A stretch of 64,000 bases of DNA from Bacilli bacterium (GTDB lineage Bacteria; Bacillota_I; Bacilli_A; RF39; UBA660), in NCBI GenBank assembly GCA_017411405.1, contig JAFQQE010000010.1, positions 29,615 to 93,614 on the forward strand, written 5' to 3'. Position 1 is the stretch's first letter. The number at the start of each line of letters is the position of its first letter. The notes under the pieces were generated by a model, which did not search any database, had not been told where the DNA came from, and worked only from the letters and a program-made list of their open reading frames with translations. The translations under genes were made by a program, and so were the position numbers. Shown piece by piece: positions 30,161 through 39,429 of the stretch.

Positions 30161-30420
30161 TTTTTTATTTATTTAGTAAATTTTTCTTATTATCACTTCC
30201 TATTAAAAAAAGAGGATAATAAAACTTATCCTCCTTCAACCAAAACATAAATGCACAAATCATTTAAGTTGTAAATATACTAACATTTTGTTAAAACTTA
30301 TTTTTATATCATGTATAAAATAATGATTTTTGCGTTTATATTATTTTTTTTTATTATTTTTAATCAAATAAATTCGTTTTAAACTGATTTTTAGGTGTTT
30401 TAGACAATATAAAAAAATTG
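30161..30420. repeat. Copy 2 of the roughly 270-bp conserved non-coding element.
   Basis: Near-identical to 29041-29350, including the GAGGATAA...TTATCCTC terminator hairpin. Confidence 0.7.
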
Positions 30421-30691
30421 ATAAAACTTACTAAAATTTCCAATATTTCATAAACATATTTTAGAAAAAAATAAAGTGAACTATTTAGAACACTTTTGAA
30501 ATATTTAACATGAGAATTGTCATATAAAAACCTCGATTCTATTTGTCCAAGAAACGGGGTTCATATCATATTGGCTTGCCAATAGGTGTGTTACTAAAAT
30601 GACAATTTTAGTTTTTATAGAAGTTACATATAAATTTATATTAATTATAATTGTATAACATTAAAAGATTTGATATAATTTTTATAGGAAC

Positions 30692-30915
30692 ATTTAATAG
30701 TTGGGTGATTGCCGAATTCTTAATAAGGAAGGAGGCGATAATATGTTTAAGAAAGATTTATTAAACACTCATTAATCATACTTATCTTCCTACTAGTATT
30801 ATTACTATTTATAGTTTTGATATGAAAAGAAAATCACCTAACTCAGCAATGATTTAGGTGATGTCAATATATGGGCAACACTCAACATACGAATATTGAA
30901 TGTTCCTTTTTTATT
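30692..30915 (+). ncRNA. Candidate short transcript with a 10-codon ORF (MFKKDLLNTH) and terminal hairpins.
   Basis: Extended -10 promoter ttTGaTATAAT at about 30680-30690. Strong RBS AAGGAAGGAGG then ATG at 30743. Perfect 9-bp hairpin AUCACCUAA-N12-UUAGGUGAU. Terminal stem AACAU...AUGUU plus CCUUUUUU. Confidence 0.3.
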
Positions 30916-31010
30916 ATATGAAGTTTCCTTCATCTATATACATACTAACATAAAAACGACTTATTTTCAAGTCGTTTTAAATTTTATCTCGAAAAGTTCG
31001 AATAACAATC

Positions 31011-31044
31011 AATCTGGTGCCATTGAAGTAGACGTCTACAACTT
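31011..31044. repeat. att-like junction repeat: tRNA 3'-end-like core (caatctggtgccattga) plus the perfect palindrome GTAGACGTCTAC.
   Basis: Palindrome at 31028-31039. The shared 20-mer gtagacgtctacaactttta also occurs at 31996-32015. The adjacent sequence resembles the 3' end and flank of tRNA-Arg (tcaatggtg). Confidence 0.55.
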
Positions 31045-31770
31045 TTATATTTTTCTTATTTTATCATAATAATCATCTATACATTGCTTAAATTTATAAA
31101 AATCCTTCTTATTATTCAAATAGCTCCTCTTATTTATCTCTAGCATAATTGAGGATAATCTTTTTTCTTTTTTATTAAAATATTTATTTGGGATTATAGT
31201 TCCTTTATATGGATGATTAATTTTAACTGAATAGCCATATTTTTTAAAATGTTCAACTGTAAAATTAGTTAATTTTTCATTAACATAAGTATTATCAGTA
31301 CCAATACATATATCCGGTGTATTGGTTATATCAAATAATTTTTCTACCATCTCATCCGAAAAACTATGGAAATCTATAATAATACATCTATTGTATTTTT
31401 TTAATAAGTTAGTAACCATTTTATCTAATTTATTATGATGTTTGTCATAGTATGATTTTAAAATTCTTCTTTTATATTTTTTGTTTGGAATTGCAATAGT
31501 ATTATCACAATCTCTTGTATAAATTACTCCCATTCCTTTTTTTGACATAATTTCTTTTGAATCATCTTTAAATTTTTCAACATCACAAAATAATCTTGAA
31601 TATTTAAAAACTAACTTATGACATTTATTTGGAATTAATTTATCAGTCAAGTAATCACTCAAAAATTTATTTGTTCTTTTTATATAGTTTTGATCATTTA
31701 TACATATATCCCAATATTGTTTAGGAATTTTCAAAGCCGAATGTGGAACATGAAATAAAATACAATCCAT
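31045..31770 (-). CDS. N-formylglutamate amidohydrolase-like zinc hydrolase family protein (cassette gene).
   Basis: 241 aa with ILFHVPHSA near the N-terminus and IIDFHSF centrally (HxH...DFHS pattern of the FGase family). Flanked by att-like repeats. Confidence 0.45.
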   Translation of the reverse strand: MDCILFHVPHSALKIPKQYWDICINDQNYIKRTNKFLSDYLTDKLIPNKCHKLVFKYSRLFCDVEKFKDDSKEIMSKKGMGVIYTRDCDNTIAIPNKKYKRRILKSYYDKHHNKLDKMVTNLLKKYNRCIIIDFHSFSDEMVEKLFDITNTPDICIGTDNTYVNEKLTNFTVEHFKKYGYSVKINHPYKGTIIPNKYFNKKEKRLSSIMLEINKRSYLNNKKDFYKFKQCIDDYYDKIRKI

Positions 31771-31976
31771 TAAACTTCCTCCTAAAAATTATAAATTTCT
31801 CTATATATATTTTATCACATTTTATAGTATTTTTTATTATATTTTGTTATGACAAAATATTTAACCCCCTAGGTATTTTGACATGAATATCAAAACACAA
31901 TCTGAAAAAGAAAAAAAACAATCCTTTTTTTCAGATTGTATATATATATTTAAAGTTCTATTAGTTAGAACAGAAT

Positions 31977-32016
31977 CGTCAATGGTGCTAGTGACGTAGA
32001 CGTCTACAACTTTTAA
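31977..32016. repeat. Second att-like junction repeat (tcaatggtg core plus GTAGACGTCTAC palindrome).
   Basis: tcaatggtg at 31979-31987 duplicates the tRNA-Arg 3' end (32712-32720). The palindrome lies at 31996-32007. Confidence 0.55.
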
Positions 32017-32040
32017 TTTTATATTTTATATCCAATTGTC

Positions 32041-32534
32041 AATAGTTTTCTTTTAATCTCTTCTTTACCACCATCACGTTGATGACATTCGTTTATAAAT
32101 AAATTAATTAAATCTTTTTTATCTTCTCCGAATAAAATTAAATAGTCTCCTTCGATATTCCACCAAAAATCATAAAGACATTCTTCTGGATTGCGGTTTA
32201 TATATTCCTATAATGAAAAATTTCGATCAATATTAAACTTTGATAAATTATATATAAAGTGTGGATTTTCCTTTAACTTATCATTTACTAAATTACTATT
32301 AGCATATATATACATTTGATTATTATCTTTATTGAATATTTGTGTTGGATAGAAGTAATAATCTTCTTTATAATATTCGATGAACATTCTGGAAATAGGA
32401 ATCGCATTTCCTTCATATTCAAATTGTCCCATATATTCTAAATCAATTATTCGTTTTATACCATCATTATCGATTGGAATATTAGCTAATTCACCAATAT
32501 TAGTTATTAAAAATTTGCCTTTTTGTAGTTTCAT
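32041..32534 (-). pseudogene. Cassette gene interrupted by an in-frame amber codon (108-aa ORF plus a 55-codon in-frame continuation).
   Basis: The ORF 32208-32534 ends ...NIDRNFSL-TAG. The same frame continues EYINRNPEECLYDFWWNIEGDYLILFGEDKKDLINLFINECHQRDGGKEEIKRKLLTIGYKI* with no internal Met, ending 25 bp from the palindrome repeat. Confidence 0.45.
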
Positions 32535-32555
32535 AAATTAACTCCTTTCAGATAG

Positions 32556-32640
32556 TATTTATTATATTATATTTTTTGTATTTAGTTATGACAAAATATT
32601 TAACCACCTAGGCATTTTGATATATATATCAAAATGCTAG
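32556..32640 (-). promoter_or_regulatory. Cassette promoter (TTGTCA-17-TATAAT) preceded by a perfect 22-bp palindrome ATTTTGATATATATATCAAAAT (operator-like).
   Basis: On the minus strand, -35 is the reverse complement of 32589-32594 and -10 is the reverse complement of 32566-32571. The palindrome lies at 32614-32635. A homologous but imperfect segment lies upstream of the 241-aa gene (about 31830-31900). Confidence 0.5.
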
Positions 32641-32714
32641 CTGAAAAAGAAAAATCAATCATTTCGATTGATTTCTATATATCAAAGTTCGAATAGTTCG
32701 AACAGATTTATCAA

Positions 32715-32791
<77 letters not shown>

Positions 32792-32898
32792 ATGACTCAA
32801 TTACAAAAAAAATTATATAATAAAATTAAAGTAATTTCAAGTCTTTTTATTTATTTTTTTAAAAAAAGTATAAGTTATGTTTATTTAACTTATACTTT

Positions 32899-35262
32899 TT
32901 ATACATTTTCTTCTATATATTCTAATAGTTTTAAGAACATATTTATATGTTTAGGTTCTAATCCTTGTTTTTTTAATTTTCTTATATTTATTCTTTTTTT
33001 CTTTATTTCATCATCGCTGAACATTATTTTACTTACACTACCTTTTAAAGTTGTCTTTATTTTTAATCCACTTATAATATCATCTATATCTTTATTAACT
33101 ATTCTATTAGTTTCGATTTCTATATCTTGTCCTTTACAATTTATAGTTATTTGTTTAAATGAATTTACTCTTTCTAACTCTATAATGAAATCATTTTCAT
33201 CTATATAGTATTTATAATTATCTATTTTTTCTTCTCCAATATATATAGTAATATCGTTAGGTAATCTTGTATTTCTGAATTTAATTTTAAATGTTCTTAT
33301 ACTTGGAATAATAGATGAATCAGTTATATCCTGTCTTATTATTAACGTATAATTATTCAACATATAATTATAATCTATTATAGTTTTTACATATTTATCT
33401 TTATAATTATATATTTCATTATCTTCATATATAGTATAAGTATTACTTTTTCCAGGGAAAACATGTATTTCAAATCCATCTGGATTTTTAGAACTATTTA
33501 GATTATCATCATTTAGTAATGCTAAGGGAATTATACTACCTTGTGTAGCAAATACTGGATAATCTTCATCTTTATAAAATGAAATATATCTTTTATTTCC
33601 TGTATATTTAATTCCTGTTTTAAAATCATACCATATACCACTTGGTAAAAACATTCTTTGTATTGTTCTATTCATTATATCATCTTTTTGTTTTGTTATT
33701 GGAACCACTAATAAAGACTTTCCAAAATAATATTCATTTTTATAATCTGGTTCATCATATATTTCTGGATTATTATAATATAATGGTTGTATTAAAGGTA
33801 ACCCTGTTTCAGTGTAATTATAGGATTCACTATATATATATGGAATCAATTTTGCTCTTAATCTTAAGTAATAAGTAACAATACTTAATGTATGCATATC
33901 CCAATTCCATGGCTCTCTTTTGTAATAATGACTTCCTGCACTAGATAATCTTAATATAGGGCTAAAAGTACCTAATTCAATATATCTTCTATATAATTCG
34001 TCATCTTCTATACCACCATAAAATCCACCTATATCATTGCTTATAAAACTTAATCCCATATTACTTGCACTACTATAGTATTCTGGTATTTTATCAAGCA
34101 CTTTCCAACTAACTAAGGTTTTTCCAGTATATATAATATTAGACAAATGAGAATTAATTAAACCATTTCTACTAAAACAAGAATTTTTTAAATTTTTACT
34201 TTCTAGAAATTTATAATGATAATGATTTAATACTCTTAAATTATATAAGTTGTTAATATCGTTATAATCTATTAAGAAACTATTAATACCTTTATCTATT
34301 AAAGGATTAATAAAATTATTCAAATAACTTTCTACTATATTTTTATTATAAAAATTAAGTGGAATATTATCTTTTTCTTCTATATTGTTTTCTTTTATAA
34401 AATTATTAAAATTATCTTCTTTATTACTTATAATTATGGGATTTATTGTAACACCTAAATATATATTTTTTAATTTTAAATAATCTATGAATTTATCATA
34501 ATCTATAAATAGATCTTTATTCCAACTTAATCCATAATCATTATCCGTTTTTTTATGCCAATAATTACCTAGCAGTATCATATTTATTGGTATATTATTT
34601 TTATTAAATTTGTTTATTAAGTCTTTAATATTTTGATCAGTATAATAAGAATCTTTATTCCAAATATTACCAAACATATAGCGAGGTATCATTTTAGGTT
34701 TGCCTGTTAAATTAAAATAGTCTCTTAAAACTAATCCAAAGTCTCTTTTATACATAAATAAATATGTATCTATAGTTTTTTCACTTCTTTTATAAAATGC
34801 ATTATCTTTTAATATTAGTGAATTAGAATCGTCAATACTTACAAAGCCATCTGTAGAATATAATCCTTTATTATTTAAAGTAATATTTTCTTTATTATCT
34901 AAACTATATCCTATAGTTTTAAAATTTCTGGCTTCTATATGATTAAAATACCAATATTTATCGGTATCTTTTAAGAATACTTTTAAATTTTGTTCTGGTA
35001 CTAATTTAGTTCCATAAAATGATTTTTCTTTTACATATTCTAGTTTAAAGTAATTAGTTTCTATAACTAAATATTTTTCATCTTCTTGAACATTAATATT
35101 TATATTTGGGAAATTTCTATTACGTACAAATTCTGTATATTCGTCAATAAATTTCCCGCTTTCACTATACTCTAATCTTATTAATATTTCACTTAGTACT
35201 GTAAATCTATAGTGTTTACCTTGAAATATATTAGTACTTTCTTTCATACTATCACCTATCAT
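32899..35262 (-). CDS. Glycoside hydrolase family 31 protein (alpha-glucosidase/alpha-xylosidase-like).
   Basis: 787 aa. SNDIGGFYGGIEDDELYRRYIELGTFSPILR matches the GH31 acid/base region (GADICGFxG...ELxxRWxQLGAFxPxxR). No signal peptide, so likely cytoplasmic. Confidence 0.65.
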   Translation of the reverse strand: MIGDSMKESTNIFQGKHYRFTVLSEILIRLEYSESGKFIDEYTEFVRNRNFPNININVQEDEKYLVIETNYFKLEYVKEKSFYGTKLVPEQNLKVFLKDTDKYWYFNHIEARNFKTIGYSLDNKENITLNNKGLYSTDGFVSIDDSNSLILKDNAFYKRSEKTIDTYLFMYKRDFGLVLRDYFNLTGKPKMIPRYMFGNIWNKDSYYTDQNIKDLINKFNKNNIPINMILLGNYWHKKTDNDYGLSWNKDLFIDYDKFIDYLKLKNIYLGVTINPIIISNKEDNFNNFIKENNIEEKDNIPLNFYNKNIVESYLNNFINPLIDKGINSFLIDYNDINNLYNLRVLNHYHYKFLESKNLKNSCFSRNGLINSHLSNIIYTGKTLVSWKVLDKIPEYYSSASNMGLSFISNDIGGFYGGIEDDELYRRYIELGTFSPILRLSSAGSHYYKREPWNWDMHTLSIVTYYLRLRAKLIPYIYSESYNYTETGLPLIQPLYYNNPEIYDEPDYKNEYYFGKSLLVVPITKQKDDIMNRTIQRMFLPSGIWYDFKTGIKYTGNKRYISFYKDEDYPVFATQGSIIPLALLNDDNLNSSKNPDGFEIHVFPGKSNTYTIYEDNEIYNYKDKYVKTIIDYNYMLNNYTLIIRQDITDSSIIPSIRTFKIKFRNTRLPNDITIYIGEEKIDNYKYYIDENDFIIELERVNSFKQITINCKGQDIEIETNRIVNKDIDDIISGLKIKTTLKGSVSKIMFSDDEIKKKRINIRKLKKQGLEPKHINMFLKLLEYIEENV

Positions 35263-35290
35263 AATTATTTTATCATAAAAAAAAAGAGAG

Positions 35291-35722
35291 TTAAATATTA
35301 TTTTGTATTTTTCCTAAACAAAATATATTTTCTCTTTTTAATAATATTTCTTTTTTATTTAATGAATCCAATAGTTTTTCTACTTTAATTGTAAATTCTT
35401 CTATATTTTTATAAGTTACTATATTAATATTATTATATTTTTTTATTTTTTTATCATTTTCATCTATAAAGTAATATATATCTTTATTTAATTTATTTGC
35501 TATTTTTAATTCATATTTTAATAAGTAATTTGATTTACTTAAATTACAAATTATTATATCTGAATCTTTTATGAGATCTTTAACATAGTTTGATATAAAT
35601 CTTTTTGTCATTGGTAATACTAAATAGTATTTATCCATTAGATTTTTTTCTAATAAAGGTTTATAAATTTCTTCTTTATAATTTACCTTTTCAGAATGCA
35701 TTATATATACTTTTATTTTCAT
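35291..35722 (-). CDS. Hypothetical protein.
   Basis: 143 aa, 4-nt overlap with the upstream gene. No motif recognised. Confidence 0.35.
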   Translation of the reverse strand: MKIKVYIMHSEKVNYKEEIYKPLLEKNLMDKYYLVLPMTKRFISNYVKDLIKDSDIIICNLSKSNYLLKYELKIANKLNKDIYYFIDENDKKIKKYNNINIVTYKNIEEFTIKVEKLLDSLNKKEILLKRENIFCLGKIQNNI

Positions 35723-37263
35723 TGTAATGTAGTTCCTACAACTTTATATGGTTCATTTTTCGTTCCAATACCTGTTATTAAAACTTTATTTGATAAATTA
35801 ATAGCCGGTCTATATCCAATATTAGTTGCATAATTTGTCCACATATCTCCTGTAACATTTACCCAAAAAGCTTCATCTTTAGAATTATTATATCTAGTAG
35901 GAGTTAATGTCCACCATGTATAAGCTCCTGTTAAATAATTATTAGGATTCTTCCCTGCCCATTTATATCCAGCAAAAGTTGTTTCTTCCGCAGTTAATGT
36001 TGCTACATACATATCAGTTCCATCGTTAAAATCTGTTAATATAGTTCCTGTACATTCAAGACTTGGTTCTTTCATAGGCTCCAATCTTATATATGAAGTA
36101 TAATATATTCCTGATGAATAATAACTTGATAAATTACCTAAAGTTATGCTTCCTAATGCTGTTATACCTTCAGCATTTAAATTAGTTACTGAAGTATTAT
36201 AACCTTTATCTTCAAAGCACCAATTACCTGGTTCTAAATATGTTAAATAATTACTTAATTTATTTGTTTGAAAAGTTTTAAACGTTGCTTGCATTGAAGT
36301 TGAAGATGTAGGATTTAAATAATTAATTTTATTAGCTGAATCGTATCCAAAAGCTCCTACACCTGATGTTCCTCTATAATTCCCAGTAGAAGTTTCACAT
36401 GTAGTTTGAGCGTCTTCTAAAATCAATCTAGTAGTTTCATCTCCGTTTATTCTAACTATTTTCCAACACATTCCTGCAAAATTAATATAGTTATTTATAA
36501 CATTTCCTCTAAAATAATATGTATTTCCATCATTATCTGTTGTTAAAGATAATGTTGCTTCATTACTTCCATTTATAATTTTTCCAGGTCTAGTTTGTGG
36601 AGTTTCACTATAAGTTGCATATCCTGTTTCATTTGAAGTTTTAGCACTCTTTAATATTTCGTAAGCTAATGTTCCGCCTATAAATGGATTATCAGCTTCA
36701 GTATGCGTACCATAAATATGAACTACACCTTTAAATCTATGCCCCTGATCATCATTTTGATCTATATTTTCATGATATATATATTCTACTTTTAAAGCAT
36801 AAGTGTATGTATCATTAGAATTATTTAATTTTTCATCTTTTAAGATTATTGCATTCCCACTTGGATATATACCACTTGCAACTATCTCAGCAGTACTTAA
36901 ATCACTTGAATCAATGGTATTATTACCATTTTTTCTATATAAAGTATATACAATATCTTCTTTTCTAATAAAATTATTTTCTACATCCATTAGATAAATA
37001 GAATAAGTACTATCTAAATCACCTGTATTTTTAACAGTGAATATTTTAGTATAAGTATAACCAGGTCTTATAATTTCTGAAATTGTTTCATTAGATATAT
37101 CTGTAATTTCTACTTGATCTAAACCTGAAATAGCCTCAACAGTTTTTTGGTTTGTGTTTCCAATTACTCTATTTATATAAAATCCGTATGTAAAACCTAG
37201 CAACGATATTGTTACCATAATTATAGCTACAATACAAATTGTTATTGTTGTCTTACGATTCAT
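35719..37263 (-). CDS. Large secreted/membrane-anchored surface protein, paralog of 37380-39359 (possibly a TasA/camelysin-like N-domain).
   Basis: N-terminal TM/signal. The N-domain KIFTVKNTGDLDSTYSIYLMDVENNF is paralogous to KTFTVENTGSKTNNYAVYLEDVINEY in the neighbouring gene. The C-terminus shares GYRPAINLS with the neighbour's GVRPIICLKSS. Confidence 0.45.
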   Translation of the reverse strand: MNRKTTITICIVAIIMVTISLLGFTYGFYINRVIGNTNQKTVEAISGLDQVEITDISNETISEIIRPGYTYTKIFTVKNTGDLDSTYSIYLMDVENNFIRKEDIVYTLYRKNGNNTIDSSDLSTAEIVASGIYPSGNAIILKDEKLNNSNDTYTYALKVEYIYHENIDQNDDQGHRFKGVVHIYGTHTEADNPFIGGTLAYEILKSAKTSNETGYATYSETPQTRPGKIINGSNEATLSLTTDNDGNTYYFRGNVINNYINFAGMCWKIVRINGDETTRLILEDAQTTCETSTGNYRGTSGVGAFGYDSANKINYLNPTSSTSMQATFKTFQTNKLSNYLTYLEPGNWCFEDKGYNTSVTNLNAEGITALGSITLGNLSSYYSSGIYYTSYIRLEPMKEPSLECTGTILTDFNDGTDMYVATLTAEETTFAGYKWAGKNPNNYLTGAYTWWTLTPTRYNNSKDEAFWVNVTGDMWTNYATNIGYRPAINLSNKVLITGIGTKNEPYKVVGTTLQ

Positions 37264-37379
37264 GATATCACACTTTCTTACTATATTTATAATATCATAG
37301 TTTTATTAAACTAGTCAATTTATATAAGTTATTTTTTTTAATTTTTTACATAAAAAAACTAATAGTAATATGCTATTAG

Positions 37380-39359
37380 TTAATTTATAATGTAATCATA
37401 TTCCGTATTAGCAGCTGGTGTAATTAGAGCACTACTTTTTAAACAAATAATAGGTCTAACTCCTCTTGATGTACTAGGAAGAATTGCTTTACCTAATATA
37501 CTGACACTGGAATCTCCTGCTTCGTCCCACCTAACACCTGTATTATAATTTATTTTAAATGAAGTTTGGTCAGATAAATTTGATGTTATACTCATTAATG
37601 CTGTTGGTGCATTACCAGATGGTGATGCTAACCAATATCCATAGGAATAGATATCTACATCATTTCCATTAGGATGAGTATTTCCTTCTCCTGTTTTATC
37701 ATAATATGAATTATGGTCTAAATATAAGGTTTCGTTTTCACAATAATATAATCCAGTTGTTTCATTTAATATAGGTGTTCCACCTACGCAATGAGATAAT
37801 CCGGTATCAATATTTTGTTTTAATACACCATTTTGGTCTAAATAGTATCCCCATTGTCTTAGTAAAGTATGGTATTCTCTATTTTGAAAACCATAAGAAA
37901 TACTTGTATTATTAACTTTATTAAATGAATCTAAGAATAAAGTTAATGGAACTCCACCCATTGCATATTCTAGTGTATTTTTACTATCTTTATAATAATC
38001 TGTCCAAATATCATCATGCATGTAAGCTACAGGCTGCATGTTTATTGGTTTTACTATTTTAGATACAGTTTCTGTAATATTTGAAGTTCCATCTTCATAA
38101 GGTAAGAAATCTCCTAAATATTCATCACTTAAAAATCTTTCATCTATCCATTTTCTTTTAACTGCATTTCTTACATCTTCAACAGTTTTATATTCATTTG
38201 AAGCATAACTTATATCTATTATTCTTGAATATCCATACTCACTTTCAACAGATAAAACTTCTACCCCATTCTTACTTGGAGCTTGATTGGCAAATATTGG
38301 ATTTTTTGCTATTAAATAAATATTTTCTCCATCTGAATGAAATATTTGCCATTCTATATCCAGTAAATTTGAGTTTGTTGGTGTATAATTAACTGTTTTA
38401 CCGTAATATGTTTCAGCATTTAAAGCTATATAAGAAGCATCAACAGAATTAGATTCAATAATTTCGTTATTTACTTCTATTTCTAAAAGTGTGTCTATTT
38501 TTGTTATATTAAATGGAATTGTTTGGGCATTAGCAGTTACTGTAATTTCATTTCCGTTTTCTACCTTATTTTCTTTACCTCTTTTTATAGAAAAATCTAT
38601 ACTTCCTTTTAACGCGTCATTAGTACAATCTTTAACTCTTATTGTATAATTCCCCGCTTCTAATGCTGGTATTAAATAATCACCATTTGATTCTATATGA
38701 CTAATTTTAGTATTTTCATTTGATTTATTTATAGTTTCAACACAGTATCCATCAAAACTACCCGTAACAGAGCCTTTTAAATCTACTGTATCATCTAAAT
38801 TATATATTTGAATTTTTCCTTCTATTTTTTTTGCCATATCAACACTTTGATCTACACCGGCTTCTAAATATTTAATAACTAAAGTATATTCATGTTTTCT
38901 ATTTATATCAATGTCATTACTAACTAGCATCGCATTATTATTTGGATAATTACCGTTTATACCATTACAAGTTTCTTCTACATATTCATCATTGGTTGTA
39001 TTAATTGTTTTACATGAAAGTGATATGTTCATGTCTTGTTGTCTTTCATATTCATTAATGACATCTTCTAAATAGACTGCATAATTATTTGTTTTACTTC
39101 CTGTATTTTCTACAGTAAAAGTTTTTGTTGCAATAATTGTATCTGGTCTAAATTTTGACATTGTTATAATTTCATTTGTGCCATCATCATATATTAATTC
39201 TAAATCAGCACTTGTTACAACGATGCTTTTATTAGTTGTATTACCTTTTACACTAATTAAGTAATAAGCATATGAAAATCCAATTAATGAAAGTAATCCT
39301 ATTACAAGTGATAAAGTAATTATTAATATTTTATTTTGCTTAATCATTTTTACCTCCAT
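37380..39359 (-). CDS. Large secreted/membrane-anchored surface protein, paralog of 35719-37263.
   Basis: 659 aa. N-terminal anchor ILIITLSLVIGLLSLIGFSYAYY. Shares N- and C-terminal blocks with the downstream paralog. Confidence 0.45.
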   Translation of the reverse strand: MEVKMIKQNKILIITLSLVIGLLSLIGFSYAYYLISVKGNTTNKSIVVTSADLELIYDDGTNEIITMSKFRPDTIIATKTFTVENTGSKTNNYAVYLEDVINEYERQQDMNISLSCKTINTTNDEYVEETCNGINGNYPNNNAMLVSNDIDINRKHEYTLVIKYLEAGVDQSVDMAKKIEGKIQIYNLDDTVDLKGSVTGSFDGYCVETINKSNENTKISHIESNGDYLIPALEAGNYTIRVKDCTNDALKGSIDFSIKRGKENKVENGNEITVTANAQTIPFNITKIDTLLEIEVNNEIIESNSVDASYIALNAETYYGKTVNYTPTNSNLLDIEWQIFHSDGENIYLIAKNPIFANQAPSKNGVEVLSVESEYGYSRIIDISYASNEYKTVEDVRNAVKRKWIDERFLSDEYLGDFLPYEDGTSNITETVSKIVKPINMQPVAYMHDDIWTDYYKDSKNTLEYAMGGVPLTLFLDSFNKVNNTSISYGFQNREYHTLLRQWGYYLDQNGVLKQNIDTGLSHCVGGTPILNETTGLYYCENETLYLDHNSYYDKTGEGNTHPNGNDVDIYSYGYWLASPSGNAPTALMSITSNLSDQTSFKINYNTGVRWDEAGDSSVSILGKAILPSTSRGVRPIICLKSSALITPAANTEYDYIIN

Positions 39360-39429
39360 TATTATATTTTCCTACTCTTAAATAATACAATAATTTTCAT
39401 TTTATTTCAATACTTTTTAAAAAAAAGAA

